Assembly (NCBI RefSeq): GCF_001194135.2
Contig: NC_068986.1
Coordinates: 23,522,184 to 23,560,872 of the forward strand
Length of the DNA stretch: 38,689 nucleotides
Direction of reading: 5' to 3'
Source of the DNA: Octopus bimaculoides
Taxonomy: Eukaryota
Shown: piece by piece, positions 9,813 through 21,797 of the stretch
Layout of the letters: the number at the start of each line of letters is the position of its first letter
How positions within the stretch are numbered: position 1 is the first letter of the stretch
Translations under genes and position numbers: made by a program
The notes under the pieces: generated by a model
Database searches by the model: none
What the model saw: the letters and a program-made list of their open reading frames with translations, nothing else
What the model was told of the DNA's origin: nothing

Positions 9813-10490
9813 ATGGCGACTTACCGACAGACTTACAACAAACGAAATTGGTCTGATAATGAAATTGACCTCTTATAATAAGCACATGGTTTTCTCTCTC
9901 CCAAACAGAAAACAAATATTTCGTTTCTAAATGAGATTGCCGAAAAAGCAGCGCATATACTGATCATGCGAAGTGTTAAGGAAATACGCAGCAAACTAAA
10001 ACACATCGAGGTTTCCTTGAAACTAATTCAGGGTCATTTTGAAAAACTTCGGTATATTTACTCTTCAAATATTGGTCAAACACAACAACAACAACAACTA
10101 CTACAGTAACAGACAGAAAATCCTGAACAACAACATGCACAACAACAACAACAACAAAAACAACAGCCAGAAAATCATGAACAGCAGCAACAGGCAAAAC
10201 GACAACAGACGACAGCTAGAAAATCATGAACGCAACAACAACAACAACAACAACAACAGCAGGAGGAGGAGGAGGAGCCGCTCCTAAATTCCTGCATAAT
10301 AACTGATATACTGAACGGTAGTATCTCTCCACTTCTCTTTCACTCACCACTCTCACAACAGCGACCACAATTATTGTCATCATCATCATCATCTTCATCA
10401 CCACCGCTGCCATCATCGTCCTCTACCGCATCAAATGCTAAAAATAAACCACTGCTTTCTTCCCCCAATCACCACCTCAGTCCTACTGTA
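9813..10490 (+). pseudogene. Decayed ORF: Myb/SANT(trihelix)-like N-terminus + polyQ repeats + Ser/Pro-rich tail
   Basis: aaaacATGGCG start. MATYRQTYNKRNWSDNEIDLL**AHGF...MRSVKEIRSKLKHIE...QTQQQQQLLQ*QTENPEQQ..QPENHEQQ..QLENHE, then after frameshifts QQQEEEEEPLLNS...SSSSPPLPSSS. Stops at 9876-9881 and 10107-10109. Confidence 0.55.
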
Positions 10491-10526
<36 letters not shown>

Positions 10527-10942
10527 CAAAGAATATATATACATGTATACACACATATATGTACATACTTACATCTACATGTGTATATACATGCATATCA
10601 GGGTACAGNNNNNNNNNNNNNNNNNNNNNNNNNNNNNNNNNNNNNNNNNNNNNNNNNNNNNNNNNNNNNNNNNNNNNNNNNNNNNNNNNNNNNNNNNNNN
10701 NNNNNNNNNNNNNNNNNNNNNNNNNNNNNNNNNNNNNNNNNNNNNNNNNNNNNNNNNNNNNNNNNNNNNNNNNNNNNNNNNNNNNNNNNNNNNNNNNNNN
10801 NNNNNNNNNNNNNNNNNNNNNNNNNNNNNNNNNNNNNNNNNNNNNNNNNNNNNNNNNNNNNNNNNNNNNNNNNNNNNNNNNNNNNNNNNNNNNNNNNNNN
10901 NNNNNNNNNNNNNNNNNNNNNNNNNNNNNNNNNNNNNNNNNN

Positions 10943-11345
10943 AAAATAGGCGCAGGAGTCGCTGTGTGGTAAGTAGCTTGCTTACCAACCACATGGTTCC
11001 AGGTTCAGTCCCACTGCATGGCACTTTGGGCAAGTGTCTTCTACTATAGCCTCGGGCCGACCAAAGCCTTGTGAGTGGATCTGGTAGACGGAAACTGAAA
11101 GAAGCCCGTCGTATATATGTATATGTGTTTGTGCGTCTGTGTTTGTCCCCCCCACCATCGCTTGACAACCGATGCTGGTGTGTTTACGTCCCCGTAACTT
11201 AGTGGTTCGGCAAAAAGAGACCGATAGAATAAGTACTAGGCTTACAAAGAATAAGCCCTGAGGTCGATTTGCTCGACTAAATGCAGTACTCCAGCATGGC
11301 CGCAGTCAAATGACTGAGACAAGTAAAAGAGTAAAAAGATAAAGA
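10943..11345 (+). mobile_element. SINE family C, near full length
   Basis: Co-linear with 8907-9723, with a short internal (TA)/(TG) tract. Confidence 0.92.
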
Positions 11346-11365
11346 GTATATCTACGAAGCAGAAT

Positions 11366-11700
11366 GTGTCCCCCAGGACACTAACAAGAAACCCCAAAAT
11401 ATGCCGTTATTCACTACGTTACAGGCTCTGCACACGTAGTGACTGCATCTTCGCACATCTACCCGGCACGAGACGCCCAATTCAAACAAACACCAACAGC
11501 CAAGGCCAAAGCATGCATCCCACAATAACATCAACATCAACATCACCAAATAGTAAATTGAACTTAAGACACGCATAACACGAAATCTCAGAATCTGCCG
11601 GTTTTCCCAACGCGAAAGGCTTTGTTGCATGACTGTCCCTTCACTCATCTTCCAGGGACCCGACGCACTAACAGAAATGGGGCTCCAAGGCAACACACAA
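11366..11700 (+). pseudogene. Decayed ORF fragment with two tandem CCCH-type zinc fingers
   Basis: TRNPKI-CRYSLRYRLCTRSDCIFAH-LPGTRR (C-x8-C-x4-C-x3-H, 11402-11458) and a frameshifted second copy TRNLRI-CRFSQRERLC..DCPFTH-LPGTRR (about 11596-11666). Confidence 0.6.
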
Positions 11701-12659
11701 ACCACAGTTAAAACACCCGGCAATCCTTCCATATAAATCGACAAAACCTAAACAAAAACTCGGCCGTTTCCGTGACAACTCGACAATTCACTTCAGAGAC
11801 AAAACAAAACAAAACAACCTGTATCTCTATGAAAAGTTGGACATATTATCTGTCTGTCTGTCTGTAATTTCTCTTCTTCATAAGATTTCTTGAATATGAC
11901 GAAGTAGTTTCCAGAAGGAAGACATGAATCGATTAAACAAATTAGTAATTTTGATACTTTGATAGATTAGGACCAGATCAAAAGGGTACAGGAACTCTTT
12001 TTGTTCTTTTTTGTGTTACATACAACCAATATAGAGTGATTTACCTGAAAGATCCATTCCATACAGGAAATATAAGTATATAAATATAAGAACAATTGTT
12101 TATTTGTTTGTTGTCGTTTTTATTATAGTTTAGCCCCAGGTCAGCATTGATCGAGGTCGATAATGGAAAGCATTCAGGTGTGTTAATCCTGTCTTTTCAG
12201 ATTACAATTGTCACTACTGTATTTTATGTGATTTACTTACTCAAGACAGGTAGACATGACTGTTATTTCTCGCAGATAGACTGACTACACCGAGGATGCA
12301 TCGCTTAGACGTTGTTGATTTACTCCAAGTCAAATCTGATTAAGCACATCTATGATCAAAAACGTTCCATTTGCGACCATCCAATATTTTTCTTATATGT
12401 ACGACCCTAGGATCACATTATCGAACGTGACCTGCAGATTAATCACTCACTATTGGTTGCAAACCAAATAATCAAAGGAGAGTTAGCTTTTGATATGGCC
12501 CTAATTTATCACAATATCAAACTAGTAATTTGTTTAATCGATTCAAAGTTATTTTCTAGACGTTACTTCGTCATATTGCTGACAACATTACAACTACCTT
12601 GAGAAAAATAACATTAAAGTTTAGCTCTCTCTTTCTGATTGTCTGTCCCTCTCTCTCGC

Positions 12660-12712
<53 letters not shown>

Positions 12713-12814
12713 TATATGTAGGCATGTATATATATGTACCTTGTGTGAAAGTGTGTGTGTCCATACATATATATTTATTCATACATACATGCATATATAC
12801 ATACATATACATAG

Positions 12815-12944
12815 ACAATTTCTGTTGAAGAGCGTAGCTCGAAACGTCAAAGACTTTCCGTATTCCCGAGCGTCATACTAATACATCCTTTTGTTATTTA
12901 CACCACCTGTCCTCGTCTGTTGTTGTTTTTTCGTATATTCTCCC
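12815..12944 (+). mobile_element. Penelope-like terminal fragment with hammerhead-like motif
   Basis: ttt-CTGTTGA-a-GAGC-gta-GCTC-GAAA-CGTC-aaa. The downstream sequence is co-linear with 20770-20887, which is linked to a PLE RT motif. Confidence 0.7.
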
Positions 12945-13704
12945 NNNNNNNNNNNNNNNNNNNNNNNNNNNNNNNNNNNNNNNNNNNNNNNNNNNNNNNN
13001 NNNNNNNNNNNNNNNNNNNNNNNNNNNNNNNNNNNNNNNNNNNNNNNNNNNNNNNNNNNNNNNNNNNNNNNNNNNNNNNNNNNNNNNNNNNNNNNNNNNN
13101 NNNNNNNNNNNNNNNNNNNNNNNNNNNNNNNNNNNNNNNNNNNNNNNNNNNNNNNNNNNNNNNNNNNNNNNNNNNNNNNNNNNNNNNNNNNNNNNNNNNN
13201 NNNNNNNNNNNNNNNNNNNNNNNNNNNNNNNNNNNNNNNNNNNNNNNNNNNNNNNNNNNNNNNNNNNNNNNNNNNNNNNNNNNNNNNNNNNNNNNNNNNN
13301 NNNNNNNNNNNNNNNNNNNNNNNNNNNNNNNNNNNNNNNNNNNNNNNNNNNNNNNNNNNNNNNNNNNNNNNNNNNNNNNNNNNNNNNNNNNNNNNNNNNN
13401 NNNNNNNNNNNNNNNNNNNNNNNNNNNNNNNNNNNNNNNNNNNNNNNNNNNNNNNNNNNNNNNNNNNNNNNNNNNNNNNNNNNNNNNNNNNNNNNNNNNN
13501 NNNNNNNNNNNNNNNNNNNNNNNNNNNNNNNNNNNNNNNNNNNNNNNNNNNNNNNNNNNNNNNNNNNNNNNNNNNNNNNNNNNNNNNNNNNNNNNNNNNN
13601 NNNNNNNNNNNNNNNNNNNNNNNNNNNNNNNNNNNNNNNNNNNNNNNNNNNNNNNNNNNNNNNNNNNNNNNNNNNNNNNNNNNNNNNNNNNNNNNNNNNN
13701 NNNN

Positions 13705-13928
13705 AACTTTCTCTCACTCTTTCTTCCTGTGTCTGTTGTGCCTGTAATTCAAAGGGTCAGCCTTGTCACACTGTTTCACGCTGAATATCCCTGAGAACTA
13801 CGTTAAGGGTACACGTGTCTGTGGAGTGCTCAGCCACTTGCACGTTAATTTCACGAGCAGGCTGTTCCGTTGATCGGATCAACTGGAACCATCAACGTCG
13901 TAAGCGACGGAGTGCCAAGAACAACAAC
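13705..13928 (+). mobile_element. SINE family A (head in the N gap)
   Basis: Co-linear with the other family A copies; ends gtaagcgacggagtgccaagaacaacaac. Confidence 0.92.
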
Positions 13929-14619
13929 CTAGAATTGAAACACAATTACATTGCATCCGGAACGATGACCACTGCGAACGAGGCTTAGCTTATAAGGGTG
14001 GCTATCAGTAAGTCTACAATGAAGAATCAATAATTCATTTTTTTTTTAACATTCGCAAATCTACAAGAAGCAGATCAAGCATTTAATAAAGATATTTTAA
14101 TAAATATCGGATTTGAGAAACGTTCCATGATTACTATAAAACAAAACATAACGGAACGGAAAATAAATATATGAATAAAAAGGAAAATAGCGAGAAAATC
14201 GAAAAAATAATCTTATGATAGATGAAGACTTTGCAATCAACCCGTTACTATGAAAAGCGTCTGGAAAAATATCCACGTACACATACACACACACGCGCAC
14301 GCATACCGGTATATATACACATATACATAGGCTCGATACATGGACGAACTAGGCATGGTTTTCGTCCTTGTTCAGTATTACTCACTGACGAGAACAAAGT
14401 GATCATTCACAAAGTTTGAAATCACTATGATATGGGTATGTCTAATTATCATTTTCCATTCTTTTCGTGTATGGTACGGGGTCTTAAAATTTTACTGCTC
14501 GTCCCCTCGATTTCGCCCTTGTGTACAAGTGAAAACTGTGGTTTTGATTTGTTTTGACTGCTATTTTTAGCATGCTGGTGCTACAAGTAGCATTCGTCAT
14601 TATTACTCGACAAAGACAA

Positions 14620-14697
14620 GCCGGTGAACTGGCAGAATCGTTAGTACATCGGGCGAAATGCTTAGCGGTGTTTCGTCTGCCGTTACGTTCTGAGTTC
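14620..14697 (+). mobile_element. SINE family B, 5' fragment
   Basis: ggtgaactggcagaatcgttag...gaaatgcttagcgg...ttctgagttc matches 29603-29685 and 35867-35930. Confidence 0.8.
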
Positions 14698-14714
14698 GGT
14701 TCTTTCTGTGCTAT

Positions 14715-14900
14715 CCAACACATTGGTTTCTGTTCGTTGCGGTTCTCTCAGCATCCGGCCCTGTAATATTGGTCTCTCTCCCTCATATCGGTAATGAATG
14801 TTCTCCAGCTTGTAGTTTTCGTTCTTCCCCTCTTTCCTTTTCCTTCCTGTAGTATTCATTTAAAAACTGCTTTAGAATGACGTTCTGATTGCCAGAGTAT
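14715..14900 (-). mobile_element. Possible RTE-clade LINE C-terminal remnant
   Basis: The minus frame gives GKGKRGRTKTTSWRTFITDM...ENRNE, loosely resembling the RTE C-terminal GKRxRGRPxxxW motif. Weak. Confidence 0.3.
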
Positions 14901-15299
14901 ATGACTACCAGTTTTTTTATCGTTGACATAAGCCAATACTAGATTAAATAGAACGAGAAGTTTAGGAAAATATGAACCAAGGCTAGCGACTATGTGGTCC
15001 TGCAACCTTAAATTTTATAGCAAAATCAATGGAGAAATAGCAATCCCCGTGAACCTTTTTGCAGAGACCCTGGTCTTGGTGAGAGGAAAGAAGGGAATAC
15101 TGATCAAACTAAAAACTCGAAATGAATATTTCCAACAGAAAGAACTTCAGTAAAACCAATGAAACAAAAGTTCACGTGAGTTAAAATGAGTAGCGGATTA
15201 AAACTAGTATCCAACTAGATAATATTTTCTAACTTAGCCGTATGCAACATAATTTAAGGGATGGAAACAATAAATTCAATCAACTCCATTATTTCTCTA

Positions 15300-15835
15300 T
15301 GGCTTTATTTTGTTGATCGCAAACGGATGAAAAACAACGTCGACCTCGGCCTCGGTAGGATTTGAAGCTAAGTGTGTAAGACGTAGCTCAAGACGCTCTT
15401 ACGGATCCTACTACTCCACGTTCTACTCGAAATGATGGGTTTCGGATTTAGGCACGAGGCCAGCAGTTTTTAGGTAGAATGGGAAAGGTGATCGCATTGA
15501 TATGTCCTTAGTACGTGACTGGTACTTTATAGTATGACCCCCGAAGGGATAAAAGACAAATTTAACCTCGGCAGGATACGAACTTATAAAGTAAAGAACA
15601 TGAAAAGAATCAGAATGCATTTTTCCGACGCTCTAACGATTCTGCCAAATCGCAGCCTTCACTCACATTGATAAATAACTGTCTCTAACATTGGAACAAG
15701 AAGAGCAATTCTGGGAAAATTTAATCGATATCAGCGATCGTATTTTGTGGACCTCGAGAAGATGAGAGGCAAAGTCGGCCTGGAAGGGAATTGTACGTAG
15801 AACGTCAAAGAGACGAAAACGAATCTGCTAGCTCA
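15300..15835 (-). mobile_element. Cluster of about three old, degraded SINE family B copies
   Basis: Recurrent gtcgacctcggc / ggatgaaa / gctctaacgattctgcca / gatgagaggcaaagtcggcc segments match the reverse complement of family B. Confidence 0.65.
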
Positions 15836-16082
15836 CCAAAACAGAAAAAAAAAATATATTAAAAAAATGGAGTTTAAAAATAGATCGTATTTTGTGACTG
15901 CATAAACTGCTTCCATAATATGAAGTTGAAAATATATTGGTGAAACGAACTTAAAGCTGTCATAAAGATTCACCTTTTTAAATGTCACACATGCACAAAC
16001 AAAATAAAACCTAACATTACTATGTAAACTGCACATATTTCAAATGGGTAGATACATAAACTGAATATATAAAACATTAACC

Positions 16083-16131
<49 letters not shown>

Positions 16132-16490
16132 GCTCATTCACTCAGCCACTCACTCACTCTCTATTTTCCCCTCTGTGTGTGTCTCATTCACTTAAATACA
16201 CGCGAACAAAGATGGATACATTCTGACGTACACTTTCAGAGATACACACTCAAGCATGCGCAAACTGGATGCATCTGAGGCCCATATTACCGCGTCTGGT
16301 ACAACAGGAAAAAAACACATTGAAAAGATAAATGATAATGAATTATAACAATAACAATAGTTTTTCTTCTCTTTTCTTTTCTTTTCCATTTTAAATATTT
16401 GTTGATTAATTTGTGTTTGTGTTCTGTTATCGATTTACATGAAAATTTTTAAAAAAGAATATCTAAATATAGACACGACTGCAAAAGCTT

Positions 16491-17062
16491 GTGAATCATA
16501 ATAATAATCATCATCGTCATCGTCGTCGTCGTCGTCATCGTCGTCGTCGTCGTCGTCGTCATCGTGGTCACTGTCATCACCGTTGTTATTGTCATAACTG
16601 TGACGTTTTACTGCATCCTACTCTCGCTCCCACAGCATCACTTTTCCTTCTCATCGCCATCATGATTCCCCCATCAGCGTCACTACCCCTACCACTACCA
16701 TCCTCCGCTTCCTCACCAGTGCCATCAGCACCACTGCCGCTAGCGCCATCAACAACCAATGCCACTAACGCCACCATGACCACCACCACCACCACGACCA
16801 CCACCGCCGCCGCCACAACCGCCACCACAAACCTCCTATCATCATCATTTTCTCCTCCTTTTCTTCTTCTTCCCCTCTTCGTCGTCATCCTCATCAGCTT
16901 TGTCATTACCATGATGATGACGCTCCCCCACCTCATCACCACCACAACCATCTTCAACATCAGCATCGTCACCACCACCACCACCATCAGCATCGTCGTC
17001 GTTATCATCATCATCATCATCACCACCATCACCACCACTATCGTCACCACCACTATCATCAC

Positions 17063-17123
<61 letters not shown>

Positions 17124-17185
17124 GTCATGATTCTCTTCGTCGTCATCATTGTGGTGGTGGTGGTGGTGGTCGTCGTCATCGTCAT
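16491..17185. repeat. Mosaic trinucleotide repeat tract (TCG/TCA/CCA/GTG)
   Basis: Read directly; it produces spurious low-complexity ORFs on both strands. Confidence 0.9.
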
Positions 17186-18537
17186 GAACATCAAAGAATA
17201 GCAACTCCGCAATATGTCTTAATGCTCTGTGGTGAAGATTTCNNNNNNNNNNNNNNNNNNNNNNNNNNNNNNNNNNNNNNNNNNNNNNNNNNNNNNNNNN
17301 NNNNNNNNNNNNNNNNNNNNNNNNNNNNNNNNNNNNNNNNNNNNNNNNNNNNNNNNNNNNNNNNNNNNNNNNNNNNNNNNNNNNNNNNNNNNNNNNNNNN
17401 NNNNNNNNNNNNNNNNNNNNNNNNNNNNNNNNNNNNNNNNNNNNNNNNNNNNNNNNNNNNNNNNNNNNNNNNNNNNNNNNNNNNNNNNNNNNNNNNNNNN
17501 NNNNNNNNNNNNNNNNNNNNNNNNNNNNNNNNNNNNNNNNNNNNNNNNNNNNNNNNNNNNNNNNNNNNNNNNNNNNNNNNNNNNNNNNNNNNNNNNNNNN
17601 NNNNNNNNNNNNNNNNNNNNNNNNNNNNNNNNNNNNNNNNNNNNNNNNNNNNNNNNNNNNNNNNNNNNNNNNNNNNNNNNNNNNNNNNNNNNNNNNNNNN
17701 NNNNNNNNNNNNNNNNNNNNNNNNNNNNNNNNNNNNNNNNNNNNNNNNNNNNNNNNNNNNNNNNNNNNNNNNNNNNNNNNNNNNNNNNNNNNNNNNNNNN
17801 NNNNNNNNNNNNNNNNNNNNNNNNNNNNNNNNNNNNNNNNNNNNNNNNNNNNNNNNNNNNNNNNNNNNNNNNNNNNNNNNNNNNNNNNNNNNNNNNNNNN
17901 NNNNNNNNNNNNNNNNNNNNNNNNNNNNNNNNNNNNNNNAAAAAAAAACAAAAAAACATACATACATGTACACATTTTTGGACAGGCTGATACACGTAAT
18001 CACAAGCGCATACACAAACTAATTGCGATGAAAGAAACTATATTTTAAGCTTAAGGTCAAGCTGGTAGTTTTTAAATTAGCATTGATCTCGCGCTTGCTC
18101 TCATGGAGGAAATAGTCTTTTCATCATACGCACACACAGACACACACACTCACACACATTCGCACAAAGGCACACACATACACTTACACAGATATATAGA
18201 CATGTATATATATATATATATATATNNNNNNNNNNNNNNNNNNNNNNNNNNNNNNNNNNNNNNNNNNNNNNNNNNNNNNNNNNNNNNNNNNNNNNNNNNN
18301 NNNNNNNNNNNNNNNNNNNNNNNNNNNNNNNNNNNNNNNNNNNNNNNNNNNNNNNNNNNNNNNNNNNNNNNNNNNNNNNNNNNNNNNNNNNNNNNNNNNN
18401 NNNNNNNNNNNNNNNNNNNNNNNNNNNNNNNNNNNNNNNNNNNNNNNNNNNNNNNNNNNNNNNNNNNNNNNNNNNNNNNNNNNNNNNNNNNNNNNNNNNN
18501 NNNNNNNNNNNNNNNNNNNNNNNNNNNNNNNNNNNNN

Positions 18538-18580
<43 letters not shown>

Positions 18581-19229
18581 ACGTATGTACGCATACATAG
18601 AAATAGAAATATATATGTAAACGTATACGTGTATACACACAAGCACACATACATATGTGCATACACATGTATGTGTATACACCTACATACATACAAACGT
18701 TTTACGTATTCCAATATACTTGTGGCATATTCGTACCCGTAAGAAAGCTGTCTAATGTATTTTGTCTTCGAGAAAATTTCACGCTGTAGACAGATAAATG
18801 TAAACATACAAATTGAGTTCGCGGCCCCTCTAACCAGATTGGTGGATGCTTGCATCCTGGGCGGTTGTGTCCTCTTTAGTGCTAGGAAACAGAGAGGTAG
18901 ATCACAGCTTAGCGTTTTTATCCTTTATTTTATATACGGTGAGCCGTCGATTAGCACAATCAGTCATAGTACAATGATGGGAATATTATAAAAAATAGAC
19001 CTCTCGTCAGTTTGTGTTTTCCGGGCTGTAGTGTCGAAGGGGAGATAACCACTCTGAAAGGAATTGCGCCCACCATTCTGGTCTGGAGATCTGCGAACAC
19101 ATCCGGTGTGTTTACACCTATCTCTCAACAGTAATAATTTTTCACCATGATAAAATATAGTGAACAGTTTTCTTAATGGTTAGAATATGCCTCAAGCATA
19201 TTTGAATCGGTAAAAAGTTTTGTCTATAT

Positions 19230-19287
<58 letters not shown>

Positions 19288-19348
19288 ATCTCTCTCTTCT
19301 AATCTCTGACTATAAAATATGTGCGTCTGGTTATGCTGTACATTAGTT

Positions 19349-19540
19349 CATTCACTCAATCAAATCGACATTGCTTGTGCAGGCGCTCGATGTGCCACCC
19401 ACCAGGCGTGGAAGTGATCGCAGAGTAACGCGAGGTGAAGGGATTTGCTCAAGAATACAACACATCTCTAAGTCCAAGAATTGAAACCACGATATCTCGA
19501 TCGGGAGTACAACGCTTAAACCACCAGGCCATGCGCTCTC
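19349..19540 (-). mobile_element. tRNA-headed CORE-like SINE (old)
   Basis: The reverse complement reads gcgcatggcctggtggttta...ggtttcaattc...ttgtattcttgagcaaa: A/B boxes plus a CORE-like segment shared with 27492-27720 and 28871-29202. Confidence 0.7.
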
Positions 19541-20528
19541 GTACACTTAGTTAATTTATGTTAAAGACCCTCAAGATGGATGACCGGCAAAGCTGACCTC
19601 TCGATGATATAAAACGTGAAAACACTGAAAGGAATTCTATGTGACGCTTCCTTACCAACCAATACAAGAAAAATATACCAATGAGATATAAGTACAGTTC
19701 AAACGCAGATCTACTCGGAAATATATATCTGCAACATATCGAAGAAAAAAAAAACAAAACAATAGATGATATATACTGTATCTTCGCCGAACACGCAACA
19801 GGCATTCATGGCTACATGATACCTCCATTAGTAGAACAAGTATGACAGCGCTAAGAGGATATTCCCTCGCAAAGAAAAGAACCGGTGATTCATGGAAATA
19901 GACAAAATATCATAAACACAATGAGGCTTAATATGCTTTATAAAATGCCTTATATGCCCCCACCTCCAAATTATAATTTTAGAAAATATGATGCATATAA
20001 TACATTAATAAATTTATGCTTTCAAGAACCTCTTCGTGATAGACATATATATATATATATATATATATATGCATATTTTATGCATACATATTATATATGT
20101 ATAGACACACACACGCACCACACACATATCGTTTATTACGTGTGCTTGGTTTCTCTCCACTGAAGAGTACAGTATTAAATGAATCAGAGATAAATGAATA
20201 ATAGACGAACATTGGTGAGCATTGTGGTCTGTCGCTGGTGTGAACGTTTGTAGTCCAATAGAATTCGCGCTATCACCGAACAGTTCGTGAGGAGAGTAAC
20301 ATGCTTCACAATTGAGTATACCGTGCTACCCGGATCAGTGATGAATGGACCAGTGACAAACGACTCAGTGATAAACGAGGATTGATGTACATTTATCGGT
20401 CATTACCATATTATAAGACATACTTCGAAGAATTTCGAAGATAGATATTTACATCGGTCATTTTGATAATGTTTCGAATAATTTTGTATCAGTATGTGTT
20501 GCCCTTAGACATTTTAGCCTGTAAAGCA

Positions 20529-20578
<50 letters not shown>

Positions 20579-20580
<2 letters not shown>

Positions 20581-20887
20581 CATCCAGAGCCTCTACACGG
20601 TGATCCCTCACGACGAGGGGCTACGTGCACTTAAACATTTCCTTGACCTCCGACCCAACCCACAACCCGATCACCAGCATTCTCTCACACACACGCACCT
20701 TCAGTTTGGGATCACTACTACTTTGTTATTTCCCCTTCTTCTTAACTCTCCTTGTTTCTTTCTGTATTCATTTCTGTTGAAGAGCGTAGGCTCGACACGT
20801 TAAAGACGTTCTCTATTCCTGAGCTAATACATCCATTTGTTGTTTACACCACCTGTCTTCGTTTGTTGTTCTTTCGTGAATTCTCCC
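20579..20887 (+). mobile_element. Internally deleted Penelope-like element (RT motif + terminal hammerhead-like motif) between (TA)n tracts
   Basis: DIQSLYTVIPHDEGLRALKHFLDLRPNPQP (PLE RT motif) is followed within about 100 bp by CTGTTGA-a-GAGC-gtag-GCTC-GACA-CGTT (20774-20801) and the terminus shared with 12815-12944. Confidence 0.8.
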
Positions 20888-21391
20888 TATATATATATAT
20901 TACCTTGATTAAATACAAGAACACGTTTGGTTCCATATTTTATGAGAGCATTCTGTGGTCATTCACTTTATTTTATATAACGCAACACATCAGGCTAATA
21001 ATTATGTGTTTTGACCCAATTTCCTGGTTATTGATCTCTTTGTGTACGAACGCGTATGGGTGCTAAAATTAATTCACAAAATCATGTATAACGCACGGAT
21101 TACTTCGCTGTTCTGCTGATGAAAGCATCACATCTTTGTACAGTTCAATGAACGAGGAAATTCTCGTAACACATATACAGCTATATGTATGTATGTAATT
21201 ATGTATGTACGTATGTATGTATGTATAAATAAATACATATATACATGTAAGTATGATTCAATATGTATGTGTATGTACACACACGTAAAATATATATATA
21301 TAAATACATTATATATATAAATATTGCATATTTCATGTATAATATACATATATATATTATATATAGTATATTATATAATATATATATATAC

Positions 21392-21733
21392 ATCGCAGGA
21401 TAATGCTAATAATATAGCCTGAAGAGGATAAACTACCAATTTTTTTGCAGAAAAAAAGTGTAGGTGGTTAGCTGGGTGACTCGAACTCACATCTCCGTAA
21501 TTACGTAATTTGAATTTAACATATGAAAGCGTCTCATAAAAGCGAGATTTCTATACATCTTAAATTTGCAAAGGAATCTGTAGTGGGAGTGTTTAGCTTA
21601 ATCGGTCAATGCATCATGACGCGTATCCACGGAGATGTGAGTTCGAGTCCCACTGCTAACCATCTACACTTTTTTCTGCAAAATAGGGGTAGTTTATCCT
21701 GTTCATGCTATATTATTAGCATTATACTGCGAT
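21392..21733. repeat. Long inverted repeat (107/105-bp arms, 130-bp spacer) made of two divergent tRNA-derived units
   Basis: 21392-21498 is the reverse complement of 21629-21733 with few mismatches. The right unit has A-box-like tagcttaatcgg (21594-21605) and B-box gttcgagtc (21641-21649). Confidence 0.85.
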
Positions 21734-21757
21734 TGAGAATTTAAATATAACTTCTTT

Positions 21758-21793
<36 letters not shown>

Positions 21794-21797
21794 AATA

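Noticed and set aside
16491-17212. 236-aa and 206-aa ORFs on opposite strands
   Set aside because: Pure trinucleotide-repeat mosaic with no domain-like sequence; both strands being open is expected for these triplets.
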